Shown here one piece after another: positions 23,192 through 34,696 of a DNA stretch of 64,000 nucleotides. Positions within the stretch are counted from its first letter, which is position 1; each line of letters opens with the position of its first letter. The position numbers were made by a program, and so were the translations under genes. The notes below the pieces were generated by a model. It made no database searches and was not told where the DNA came from. It saw nothing but the letters and a program-made list of their open reading frames with translations. The stretch is from Babesia bigemina (lineage: Eukaryota). Where the stretch lies: assembly GCF_000981445.1 (NCBI RefSeq), contig NC_027218.1, positions 1,116,001 to 1,180,000 of the forward strand, written 5' to 3'.

Positions 23192-25422
23192 CTTCCTGCA
23201 CAGCTAACTTAACAAGCAACCCTGGGCTGTGATGAACAACCTACCCAGAAAGTGGTAGCAATCGGGGGATGCGATAGCTTGGTTACGACATTTAAGATAT
23301 GGAGCGATCTATTTGGTGTTGGTCTTTTCAATGTCACATTTTACAGAATCTAAAATGCTCGCGAGTGACCCGTGTCGAAGATGCGCTAAACAGTGGGTAG
23401 GTGTGGATTCACGGTACACAATATTGCATTAAATGTGCATCACGGCTATTAATTTGTCAGTTCGCTTACTATTGTATACGGTGTTAGCACTATTCTGAAA
23501 TCACAACTTCCATTGGTCCCCGTGCTGTGCATCACACGCTGCTCAGAAGCAACTATTTGCGTAACGGAGGTAACAAACTGCCGTCTTATAGTAATGTGTG
23601 CAATTGTAAATATGTTATTTGCGAAGAAATTGGGCGTAACGGTAATTATAGGTAGGGCTAGAGCTCCACCCGTGAGATGAGAGTAAGATGACCCGCTGGC
23701 AGTTGGCACTATTTGACCGGAAATTGTGACGCTTCATTACCCAATAGTGAATCTGTCCGATGGCCAAATCGCTAGGTAAAGTGTTGTTGTACCGCCTTTA
23801 CTCCCAACGAGTCCGATTCAAAATTTCAACTTATTTATTATCCGCATGTAACCTCAGCAATTTTGTACGTTGCAACCGACGCTGGCCATATTAGCGATTG
23901 AGCTCAAAGAATTTTGCAAATATTTGCTATTATGGTCTTGTTCTGTTGAGACTATAAAAATTGGTCTTGTAACCACCGTAGGTAACTTCTGTGGAAGATT
24001 CCCTGTGGTCTAAGCTGTTGCATCGGTAAAACGTGTATGAACATCCTGGATCCTTGTGACAAATGGTGTGACTTGTACTATTCGTTGGAGTTAAGAGTTG
24101 GCTCATTTATGATCTCTTCCCAGGGTGTTTCAGCATAGCTATAAGAATACTTTGATTTATGTCCACTCAATGGCGCCATATGGACGTATCTTACAGTCAA
24201 GGGTTTCCAAATGATGGCTAATATAACGTTTGGTCTCTACTGCTAACATTAGCATCACGTCGAGTAACTCCACCCTGGACACTGTAGCCTACCATTGATA
24301 TACACGGTTGGTGCGCAATTTGAGCTAGTGGCAACCAATTTCCTGGCATCACACGTTTAAAAGCCATATTCTAATTGACTATGCAAGTCAATTAGCAACG
24401 TTTCCTATAATCAGACGCCAGAATTTGGCAACCAAGATAGCCACCCAGCATCGTCGATGCGATGGTAGGGGGAGTATCTAGTTGAGTAACAACAAAAAGT
24501 TAAGCTAACAGGATGTTGTAGGCGATCTCATTAAAAGCGTAAAGTGGTGTCAATATTGGCGCACAAGGCAGAAAGGCGGCATGCCCTGTAGTCCTGAGTG
24601 GTCCACGCTGTAAGTGAGATACTTGGCCTTCCGTGTATAATATTACTGAATGAGACGGGAATAATCGTGCTATGGATTGTAACATCGAATTAGGTGGCCA
24701 TGATATGAGACAACACAATTAATTCGACATATAAGAGGATATTTGAGGCGCATAACAACTGCCGAATGTCAGGCCGCCACAAAAAAGTAGCTGCCATCAC
24801 TAAACATTAATGGGAGGTATCAGATGTTGTTCAAAACGCGGCAAATGATATTTGAGTGAGTGAATAGGTCTTGTGGAAGACGGCATCAATGAGGCTGTGC
24901 CGTGGCTTCAATTGACATTCAGGTGAGAACAGGCCAACAACCAGGTATGCAGCATACCTGACGCATGTTATATACGCTATGAAGCGAGATGAGAGGCACG
25001 GTTAATATGCATACCTATGGAATATATGGACGTGCCGAACGAGTTGTAATGCCTCCTTGACAAGCATGTAAATAGCGCATCGATAATGCATATGTTCGAC
25101 ATCCAGAATTTTTTGCGAATAGATTGATCGGTTTACCTCCAGTTAACAACCTCGTTTTTAAACCAGGGGGTGATAAGATGAACGTCTGCCATAGATATTA
25201 ATTTGCCAGTAGATGCATGAGGTGACGTCGTATCATTTAATGGAGGATGAGTGTTTAAATCTTCATCAAATGCGTCAATCATTATCCACATTACCGTATC
25301 CGTCCACATGGTTCAATATATAGTTCCAGATAGGCGATGTAGTTGAGGGTACACGGGTAAACAGCATCTTCCCTTTTGACCTAATCGCTGTGCAGGGTTC
25401 ACTGTCAAGTTAGCCATGGAGG

Positions 25423-25677
25423 ATGAAGAGCGGGGATTGTAGTTGTCGAGGTTCAGGTGACGGTGGAACGGGGAAGAGGCCGTGTACCAGCTCTTGTTCG
25501 GGTTGTGGGAGTGGGTTAGATTGTATATGCAAATGTTGTAAACCTCTCCAATGCGGATTTTATGGCGGGTTAGTTACCTTACTCATTGTAACATTCACAT
25601 GCTTTATTGTCTTTCGCATATGGCCATTCCACAAAGTCCGTGGCTGGCTAGATAGCAAGCGAAAGATGTCAGCCTAA
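25423..25677 (+). CDS. Small Cys-rich single-pass membrane protein, copy 4 (84 aa)
   Basis: CICKCCK, TM GGLVTLLIVTFTCFIV, FRIWPFHKVR. Upstream 39-nt GT-AG intron-like segment at 25357-25395. Confidence 0.72.
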   Translation: MKSGDCSCRGSGDGGTGKRPCTSSCSGCGSGLDCICKCCKPLQCGFYGGLVTLLIVTFTCFIVFRIWPFHKVRGWLDSKRKMSA

Positions 25678-25760
25678 TACCCTTCTATCCTCAACATTTT
25701 TAACAATCGCACAAATCTATCATTTATTACTGTTCTAATATTATTCCCTCTTATATTATA

Positions 25761-26873
25761 GTGTGCTATGTGGCTACTTGCCTTGGGCCGGTTTTCGTTT
25801 TTGCGGGGCTAACGCCTCACGCTGAAACCGGTTGCGGGATCCACGTCGGTCCGTTGCCGATCGTCACTGATGCCATCCATGCGGGCATCCATCCAGTTTG
25901 GTCTTGGGGGTCTTCTACGGAATCGTAGTCTTCTCTCGGTTTCATGCGCCTCATTAGATAATGCATAGCCTTAAAGCTTATCTGCTAGATGAAAGCTCTC
26001 CGCTTCATATCCTCAACCACGTCCCTGCATCTCCTCTTCTTGTATGCCCCGTCTCCACCAGGTTGCCTTCGTTGACAGTCCCGTTGTTCACGATTGTGAA
26101 GGCGGTCGTTATACTATCTACGATGTTGTCTTCTGGTAGATTATGCTCTCACCCCTTGTGAGACTCCTTTTTCTGGCATGGCACTTTCCATCATTACTAG
26201 TCATTCACCTGACCCTCACTGCTATTCACTCATACAATCGGCTTCCATCTAGGTACATCTTGATTGTGCTTCACAGTTACATCAGTCATCATCCATATTG
26301 AGGTCACATTCTCATCCATCATGCGTCGAGGATTCCGTTCCATGTAAGGGATGCGGAGGAGTGAAACGCCATTGCCCTTTCCGCTTCTCGATTACGGCAT
26401 GCTCATGTTCGTGTAGTCGCCACCCAGTTGCTCGAGTCACATTTAGGAATACTGTATCGGCATTATGGTAAAACCGTGCAGTGATGGTGGGGCAGACCAG
26501 TTATTGCAAAGGAGTGGGAGAGAAACCGATACGAATATTAATGAGCACTTCGTACAGCTTTCAACTATTGCATTGAGGCTTTGAACATTGGGATGTATTT
26601 TGGAGGTCTGACGTCACCTCCTGAGTGAATTATAATTTCGAGCTGTCTGGGTGCTGGCGATTGGATTAGGTGAGCGAGGCGGCTGCTAGTTTTGTCGTGA
26701 ATACCAAATACGCCATCGATCGGCCAGATGCTTGAGTAATGTAGTTTAGAGCACTGGGAAGAGTTTGCCAACCGTCCAGTGCTTGTCGCATGTTTGCAGG
26801 AGTTGAGTGTATGCAACCTCAAATTAGTGGTGGGTTGCTTGAGGTCGCACTCACGTTAAGTTTACGCTTCTGA
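25761..26873. repeat. Conserved ves-upstream block, copy B
   Basis: Colinear with 3429-4538, including long identical runs such as cattagataatgcatagccttaaagcttatctgctagatgaaagctctccgct. Confidence 0.9.
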
Positions 26874-29800
26874 ATGATGGCGCCTAAGAAGCTCACTGAC
26901 TGCCCTGAAAATTTAAGGGAGGCTATCGACTGGTTGATACAGGTGAGGCATGGTAATGGTGGTGACGGTCAAGGTCTTAAGAATTTGGCTGAGGCTTTGA
27001 AAAGGTTGATTGAAGAGGCTATAAGTAACGCTTATGACTCTCTAAACAAGCAATACCTTCTCGCTAAACCTCCTTCGACCGTCGCCTCGGCTTCTTCTAC
27101 TACTAAGCCTACTGGGTCTGCCACTCCCGAGAAAAAAAGTTTTGCGGACATTAAAAAAGACATTGAAAAGCAAGTCGAAGAGCTTCCTACAAATATTTCT
27201 GAGCTTCAAAAAGAGTCTGCTAATGACCCTCCTAGAGGTGAAGAAGCAACGAAATTGTCTGCCAAGTTGCAGGCTTTGAAGACTGTGAAGAAGCTTGCTG
27301 AATTTGCTGAGCAACTTGACACTAAAAAACATCCTAATAATAATATTTTAACGCATTTATGTGACGGCCTCGAAAAATTCCTCGGCTTCGACCCTACTTC
27401 CAAAGGCTACACTGGCAAGGGCATTGTCTACTCTGACCTGGATAGGCTGTGTGACGGGGTGATGGCGTTTTTGCTGAGCTGCCTTGAGGGAAGTAAAGAT
27501 TTGTTAACGCATTATAATAGAAATACTACACACGTTATTGGGCATTTAAAATCTTCCATTGGCAAGGGCTCCGGCGTTTCGGGATTTGCCTCTGCCATTG
27601 AGAAGGTTAAAGAGGGGCTGCAGGGGTATGAGAGGGAGTTGAACACCAGAAGTGACAAAGTAGCAGATGATGTAACATTGATTTACAGGCTCTCAGGCAA
27701 ATATAAAGCTGATATGGAGTCGTCTGATTTTCTTAATAAGGATATAACACGGCAGATTAATGATATTAAGCAGAAGGCACAGTTCTTGTGGAATGCTGCC
27801 GCAGGTGCGGGGAATGACACTGATCTTTTAGATCATGGTCTACAACTAAAGCTAAAAATTGCCGTAGATAGAGTAAAACAAGCCGTGAACGTGTTAAAAG
27901 ATGTCTCCAACAACGATCATGTTATGGGACAGGCTGCGATTGTCGACAGGGAGTTGGTGGCGAAGAATAGAGAGATTGTTCAACTTATTGAGAGTCAAAC
28001 ACATAATGTTCGAAAGGCATTAGGTGAAGGATTTGGTAATATTGTAGTTAAAATTGACGAGCTCGGAGAGGTTAAAGGAAAGCAGATTCAATCTGTGAAG
28101 CATAAAGTGAACGACGCCAAAGATTCTGTCGGTGAGTTGCTTGGTGATTTCCAGGAAGGGTATAAGAGTGTCATTGAAAGACTATTCAGTGAGTTGAAAG
28201 ATTACATGAATAATATTAATAGAAATACACCTCACGGTAGTCAAGGCAGATCCTTTCTCAAAGAAGAATTCACTGCAGTGACATCGGCAGTTGAGGAGAT
28301 TGAGGCAGCCTACCAGGGGAAATTAATAGAAGTTAAAGCAGATGTAGAGAGGGCGGTTGGACGCGTGCTGATCCACCTTACGCAAGTGGACGGCAGTGTC
28401 AGACACGGGTTGTTGGATATAAGGAATAAGATTAAGCAAAATTTGGTGGATTTTTGTAACCAGGTAGGTAATAATATAAAGGACGCGGCGAAAAAAGCTG
28501 GTACTAATGTTTATGATACTAATTATCCCGCAGTTAAGGCTCTAGGGACTCAGCTGCAGAACACGTTACAGAGATTTGGATCAACCATCACGGAGCTTAC
28601 AAATGGCGGTTCAAATGGTATTGCCACGTGTTTACAGGCCTTATTATATTATATAGATAACCCACCTTCAGCTACCGCAATATACGCCGATCTAGTTGCT
28701 TCCATTCGCAGGTCCATCGAAGAGGCTATCGACGCCCAACTTAAGAAGGTTATCCAGGACGCAGGTAGTCTTACATTTGGGCAAAATCTCATGAACGAAT
28801 ATAACGAAGAAACAAAAGAAGAAGGAGCATTATCAAATAGGCTCAGAAAAAAAATAGAGGAGATCAAAAAGCATGTTGGGTATATGAAGCTGGGGGACGC
28901 AGAAGTGGACGTTGAAAGTTTCCTTGGTTATAAGCATACAGAAGCAAGGAAAAATGACAACAAAGGCGCGAAACCACGTTACGAAAACTATATACGCATT
29001 GTTTTGGATAAAATTGACGATCTTGAAGCTTTGCCCTCTGCTGTGGATGAAGCGAAAAATGTGGCGTTAAAGAAAACTGATGAGTTGATAATGCAGATTG
29101 AAACTCTAAAATCTGATATTGAAATGATCGAAAAAGCAGTCCAAAAGGCAGATGAGCGGATGACAATGGCCATAGAAGCTCTAAGCAACGCATATACTGA
29201 AGCCGAACGAAAATGCAGACAAACCGTAGACCAATTTAGGGAAAAACTCTTGGAAACCGTACGATCTACTTTCCGACAAATTAAAACCAGCGTCCAATCT
29301 CTCTTCGCGAAGCAGAAGCAGGCCGAGTTGGCAACGCTGGAGAATGTCATTCAGTTGCAGTTGGATGAAATTAAAAGGGTTATTCAGGAGGATAGAGAGA
29401 ACGATCTGAAGGGGTATTGGAGGAAACTTAATACAGGACTGAAAAAGCATTTAGACATTCCCTCCAACTCGCCAGACCTGATTAATAGTACGACATTGAA
29501 AATGTTGGCGCCGTCGGTTCTAGGCTTTCTAGATGATGTTTTGGATTATGTCTTTAAACAGGTCCAAAAGTCTTCGCTGCCGAGTTCATCACTATCATAT
29601 CCTACCATTGTGGACGGAATTAAGAACAATCTTAATATTTTATTGGGCACTCTCAGCTGTTTCAATAAAACCTCCAGTGACCATATAGAAGCTCTTAAAA
29701 AGCCACTTGCTAGCCTTGTCCCCGATAAGTTCGACGGGCATAATAATCACCTGCTTGACCTGATTAGAGATGGGGTGAAGGGGTTCGTCGAACAGTTGGA

Positions 29801-32012
29801 GTACGCCTATATCAGTGTGTATTCGGAGGCGACCATAAAATGGAAAAGCACCACGCTTCCCGATGCTCTGGCATCCGCAGAAGACGCATTAACAGAAAAT
29901 GCAATGAAATGCGCTAAGGTGTTCCTCACTAATATTCATACGTTGCATAGTGAATTGTCTGAACTTAAAGATAAATGTGAAAAGGATTGGACTGACAAAC
30001 AGATTAATTTAGTTGCTACTCAAAGGGTTGTAAATGGCAGAAGTCAAAATATGACAAATTCCCTTGGGGATTTCTTGAAACGATGTGGCTTTGATGTGTC
30101 AACAGGCCCTCATGTTTGTAATGCGGAGTTGGCAAATAAAAGGAACATGATTGGTAGTGATGTCTTTAATCTCCTTGTAGTACATGGTAGTGTATTTATT
30201 CGCCAAACAACAGATGATGGTACAGCCGATGAGAGTGTTATGTACAAAGTTCTTAAGCATCTTCATGATTATTATAAGACGTGCCACCTTGGCAATAACA
30301 AGTCGACTAAGCATCCGTCTACGGTTAGAGATATGTTACATTGGCTGTGCGGGCTGTTTCACAATCCGGTGCTTGGCAAAGTCGAGCTATACTTCAAGGA
30401 ATTGTTCCAGAAGCCTGACGCACTTAAAGATGTGCCGTATGATGCCATCGATGCCACGAAACTTAGGTTATCTGGCACTACGACCATACAACCTCATTAT
30501 TTGACAACTGAACTCTACAAGGTCTGCTCGCACTCCGAAAAAGTATTAATAGCGATCCTAGGGTACGGTCATGCAGGTGGGCGCTATGCGTGCGAGTACA
30601 ACACTAACCCGGATAACTTGGATTACCCCACTGACCCAAGTAAGTGTTTTGACTGGTTAGTGGAAGTATTGGTCAGACTCCATCATCAACTTTCCTTCCT
30701 GTACCATCAGTGCTGTAACGGTACAAGTAGTAGTGGCTGGCTGGATTGCTTATACGGCAAAGATGTAGGCGGTTCCAGTTGGCGCTGCAATGAGCTCAAA
30801 TGTACTGAGCCAAGCTGTGGAATCACGTGCAAAAGGCACCCCAGATGTGGTATGAAATCGCCGTTGCAGTCATTCTTAGAGGACGGGTTACCGGGGTTCC
30901 TGCCCCATAAGTTCGAAAAGCCTGATTGTAAGATAACATGTTCTCTTGTCAACCACCACGGAATCCCGTGTAAGACACCCATGGGCTTTGCTGATATTAG
31001 CACTGTTGCATCGCATACGGCAAAAGGTCAGCATCTGATGAAAGTGTTGGCTGGGTTTTGTAGCAAATCGGATAGACCCCTTACCAAACTATGCAGCTAC
31101 CTGGTATGCGTATTACAGAGACCACCTCAGACACTTGACGAAATGTACGCGTTTTACTATAATTTCATTTATGGCTGGGGTGACCTTCAAAACAGCGAAC
31201 ATAAGAGTAACGCGTTTAACAGAGCAGTAAACGAAGCATCTTTCAACCGTGGTATTACACTTGATGTAACTCAAATCGCGGACCGCACTGCCCACGGTGA
31301 ACACCATGTAAGAGGCGATTTATTTAGCCTGGTTAGTTGCAATGATAGATCATCGCCTGTCTCTCCCTGTGGCCCATACCTGCATCCACTTAGCCTTAAT
31401 GTTCGCTGTATCTATTCTAAGGAACACGCTGACAAATACCTATCCTGGATTGTGTACCTGACGGAGACATTCTACAATGCACTGTGTAGGCTGTTGTCAA
31501 AGTGTGAAGCAAAGTGCGGTGCGAACATATCAAAATGCCGTAGTGAAAGGTGCGCAAGTGACTGCCAAATGTTGAAATCAGCGACACACTCTTCATCATG
31601 CCAATCAATACTTGAATGCCCTCACACCTTTCCGGGATTGTACACAGAAGGAATCGTGTTTGGGAGCACGACAAAACTCGGCGGTAGGATTGGAAATCCT
31701 TGGAAGCGGTCGTGCGGAGATTTCATAGATCAATTGAAGAAAGTATGCCGTGGAAAAACAATCCTCGCAGAATATGTCCACATCATCATTCCCTATTACT
31801 TATATAAAATCCGCGCCCCCTTCATCTGGACCACTGTCGCCCTCTGGCTCCTCTCTTTGTTGTACCTGCTCCACATCATGGTCATCCGCCTCGACCTGCT
31901 CCACATCAAATCGCATTTGCACTCACCATCATCACATCGCATCGCCGCGCAATCACTACTCGCCGCCGCACGTGTTAAAGCACTCAACAAAGTGCTGTAC
32001 CTGCAACCTTGA
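26874..32012 (+). CDS. ves1-like variant erythrocyte surface antigen, 1712 aa, intronless
   Basis: Same conserved N-terminal, SPLQSFLEDGLPGFLPH and C-terminal TM/tail motifs as 4539-9905. Confidence 0.9.
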   Translation: MMAPKKLTDCPENLREAIDWLIQVRHGNGGDGQGLKNLAEALKRLIEEAISNAYDSLNKQYLLAKPPSTVASASSTTKPTGSATPEKKSFADIKKDIEKQVEELPTNISELQKESANDPPRGEEATKLSAKLQALKTVKKLAEFAEQLDTKKHPNNNILTHLCDGLEKFLGFDPTSKGYTGKGIVYSDLDRLCDGVMAFLLSCLEGSKDLLTHYNRNTTHVIGHLKSSIGKGSGVSGFASAIEKVKEGLQGYERELNTRSDKVADDVTLIYRLSGKYKADMESSDFLNKDITRQINDIKQKAQFLWNAAAGAGNDTDLLDHGLQLKLKIAVDRVKQAVNVLKDVSNNDHVMGQAAIVDRELVAKNREIVQLIESQTHNVRKALGEGFGNIVVKIDELGEVKGKQIQSVKHKVNDAKDSVGELLGDFQEGYKSVIERLFSELKDYMNNINRNTPHGSQGRSFLKEEFTAVTSAVEEIEAAYQGKLIEVKADVERAVGRVLIHLTQVDGSVRHGLLDIRNKIKQNLVDFCNQVGNNIKDAAKKAGTNVYDTNYPAVKALGTQLQNTLQRFGSTITELTNGGSNGIATCLQALLYYIDNPPSATAIYADLVASIRRSIEEAIDAQLKKVIQDAGSLTFGQNLMNEYNEETKEEGALSNRLRKKIEEIKKHVGYMKLGDAEVDVESFLGYKHTEARKNDNKGAKPRYENYIRIVLDKIDDLEALPSAVDEAKNVALKKTDELIMQIETLKSDIEMIEKAVQKADERMTMAIEALSNAYTEAERKCRQTVDQFREKLLETVRSTFRQIKTSVQSLFAKQKQAELATLENVIQLQLDEIKRVIQEDRENDLKGYWRKLNTGLKKHLDIPSNSPDLINSTTLKMLAPSVLGFLDDVLDYVFKQVQKSSLPSSSLSYPTIVDGIKNNLNILLGTLSCFNKTSSDHIEALKKPLASLVPDKFDGHNNHLLDLIRDGVKGFVEQLEYAYISVYSEATIKWKSTTLPDALASAEDALTENAMKCAKVFLTNIHTLHSELSELKDKCEKDWTDKQINLVATQRVVNGRSQNMTNSLGDFLKRCGFDVSTGPHVCNAELANKRNMIGSDVFNLLVVHGSVFIRQTTDDGTADESVMYKVLKHLHDYYKTCHLGNNKSTKHPSTVRDMLHWLCGLFHNPVLGKVELYFKELFQKPDALKDVPYDAIDATKLRLSGTTTIQPHYLTTELYKVCSHSEKVLIAILGYGHAGGRYACEYNTNPDNLDYPTDPSKCFDWLVEVLVRLHHQLSFLYHQCCNGTSSSGWLDCLYGKDVGGSSWRCNELKCTEPSCGITCKRHPRCGMKSPLQSFLEDGLPGFLPHKFEKPDCKITCSLVNHHGIPCKTPMGFADISTVASHTAKGQHLMKVLAGFCSKSDRPLTKLCSYLVCVLQRPPQTLDEMYAFYYNFIYGWGDLQNSEHKSNAFNRAVNEASFNRGITLDVTQIADRTAHGEHHVRGDLFSLVSCNDRSSPVSPCGPYLHPLSLNVRCIYSKEHADKYLSWIVYLTETFYNALCRLLSKCEAKCGANISKCRSERCASDCQMLKSATHSSSCQSILECPHTFPGLYTEGIVFGSTTKLGGRIGNPWKRSCGDFIDQLKKVCRGKTILAEYVHIIIPYYLYKIRAPFIWTTVALWLLSLLYLLHIMVIRLDLLHIKSHLHSPSSHRIAAQSLLAAARVKALNKVLYLQP

Positions 32013-32733
32013 TAGACCACCTCACCACCACTCACCTAACTCACCACCTAGCAACCCACCGCCTAGCCTAACACTCACCCAAATATATTACCTAAACCTA
32101 CTCAGCAATTTGGCAGTTAATGTAGTTTATGCATTGATATGTTTGTAATTTGGGATGTCGAGTTGTGCGTCACTTGTGAAACCTGCCCACGTCCTCCCAT
32201 GATTCTAGTGGGCAGCGATGTTGGGTTATAAGGGACTAATGGAGGCTTATGACATAGTTTATGACTAGTGAAAGTGCGCCGTATGCAATGTGACTGTTTG
32301 GCGGGATGGTTATTGCGTGAGCTGCTTTGTAATAAATGCAGCGGCTGCTGTTCAACGTGATGGTCAGTGGACGACGTGGTTAGGTGGCCTTGGTGGTGGT
32401 AGTGTGAATTAGAAGTATGTTTATCACGCAGTGTAGCTTATATGGATACTAGTTATGAGACAAATGTGATGACATTTAGCAGCTGATGTGCCAACGTCGG
32501 ACGGTCTTTGATGGGTGGATTGACTGCTCCACTGGCACCGGTTGACCTGCATGCCACGGCGGGGATACCGTCCACATGCTTCAACTCAATTGTACTTATG
32601 TTTTGATGTAACTGGCAGTGCATTGGATGGCGGTTGCCTGCGCCTCTCCGGAGTGCAAATGGGTGACCTCAGTGTCCGCGGCTGAGGTACATTATTAATG
32701 GTTTGTAGGTTAAGACGGAGGGAGAGGGGGAAG
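32013..32733. repeat. Conserved ves-downstream spacer, copy 2
   Basis: Homologous to 9906-10633. Confidence 0.88.
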
Positions 32734-33117
32734 ATGAGCAGTGGATGTACGTGTAAATTGCCATGTAATGGCAGGCGTTGTACGTGTTGTCCATGGTGTT
32801 GTAAAGTATGCAAGATGGTAGGGCGGTGTGGAACGTGCAATATGTACTTACAACGCTACACCACTTGTTATCCTGCTGCGTGTCCGAGATGTACCGTTGA
32901 ATATGGTATGACGTGTGACTGTCCATGCTGCAAAACTGACGTAATACTTCCCGTCACAACCTCTGTCATCATCATCATCATCATCGCCATATGCGTCATG
33001 AGCGTCTTTCGCATTCGACCGTTCCACAGGGTCCGCGATTTCTGCGCCCGCAAAATGAGCGGTTCACATCGCACTCAACTCTTGGTGTCTGACATGAACG
33101 GCACAATACTTGTCTAA
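32734..33117 (+). CDS. Small Cys-rich single-pass membrane protein, copy 5 (127 aa)
   Basis: CTCCPWCCKVC...CDCPCCK, TM VTTSVIIIIIIAICVMSV, FRIRPFHRVR. aagATG context. Confidence 0.78.
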   Translation: MSSGCTCKLPCNGRRCTCCPWCCKVCKMVGRCGTCNMYLQRYTTCYPAACPRCTVEYGMTCDCPCCKTDVILPVTTSVIIIIIIAICVMSVFRIRPFHRVRDFCARKMSGSHRTQLLVSDMNGTILV

Positions 33118-34696
33118 TGAAGTGTTATTAAATGTTTCATATCCGCGCATTGGTGGACACGCAGCGGGACCTTCACGAATTATGTCTAGACAGCGTCTAA
33201 AGCTCATTGGTAACATTAACGGGATTTATGGGGGCGGGTTATTGTAAAGCTGCCTTAGCCTCCGCGACACGCTCCTCATCCGGTCCCGCCTACGGGCGCC
33301 AGCGTCCTACAAGATCGCCGCGTAGTCACTACTCGTCGCAGCCAGTCTCGGCCAACTTGCCAAAATATCATATTTATCAGCATAACGGCGATGTTGTGTT
33401 TCAATTTACTCACCCAGATCATATAAAAGCAGCACAGAAGATAATGCAGCAGGATTGTGCTCGTAGTGGTGTTGCTAATATGTCATTCGCAATGATTGCT
33501 TCCAATGTGACGATGCGCTGTGAATCTGTGTGTACATGCATCACATCACATGGACAGAGAAATCGTATCTGTGAAGTTGAGTCCTGCCTTATGCGAGTGG
33601 CTCACAATCAATGGTGTAGATGCATAGAGGCGGCCATGGTGAGATTATGGAATATAACCTGACGTGATTACCACGTGGTGGCATGGTAGAGACAAATTTA
33701 CAGTAGACACTGTGACAATCATTGGTATTTTGATATTGCAGTGCATTCCACATAAGTATGCGGTAGTTCAATGACGTGGAACATGGGTGCAGCCGGGAGG
33801 TGGAGTATGGACTGTTATTGGATATTACGCGGTTGAGCGTTGTATAATCGCATAATAGTCAACCTAATTCGTATACGTATACGATAATAGGAGAGATTAA
33901 TGGTATGTTCGCATTACGCGATATATGCACCCACGTGCCAAGGCACGAAGTGGACGGCGCCTTTCGTGCTCGGACATAAGCTCCGTGTGACTTTGCTTTG
34001 ATGAAATATCATAAAGGTAATTGAATTATCATTACATCTGCAAGGTTGTTTAAATGAGCTGTAACAGAAGAATTTAGGCTGGGAATATGCCTCTGTAGGC
34101 ACGCTTGTATTTATCGTCTTGTCTTTACTGATGTCACCTAGTGGCTTCACCTCAGATCAACGGACGAACAGTTACTTGTATATGTCCGTGTTTCAAGGGA
34201 GATAACGTATTCTTATTGGCTACATGAATGTGGCCATTTTCCAGTTATGCTGTGGGCTTGTGCCTCACGCAATTGGCATAACTAGCGCTTATCATACTAT
34301 CTGACCACTAAGGTTATTTAGTGGCATCATATAATCTCGTTAGTGACCTAAGACATCACATACGTCACTAGTCGGGTCCTCTTGTCTTAGTAGGACGCTA
34401 TCCACTTCATCTCTCACTATGGATTCCTTCTTCCACCTATAAATGTTTCCTCGATTTGTTGTTCGTGTTTTCGCGATTGATGTCGCACAGATAATTCTAC
34501 CGATGCCAACAATATGAATAGCGTATATTCTTCGATGTATGTGTCGACCATCTTGTTTTCCTCCACCCACACGTTATCCATGCACTTCCCTTTCAATTTT
34601 GTAGCACTACAAACTTATAATCCACGTAACTATGAATCAATCAAACTCAAACTTCATGTGCAGTCTGTATTTTTAAAATGTCTGTTTAATGTGCGC

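Noticed and set aside
23449..25300. Short ORFs between Cys-rich copies 3 and 4
   Set aside because: No homology, non-ATG starts and no consistent splice model.
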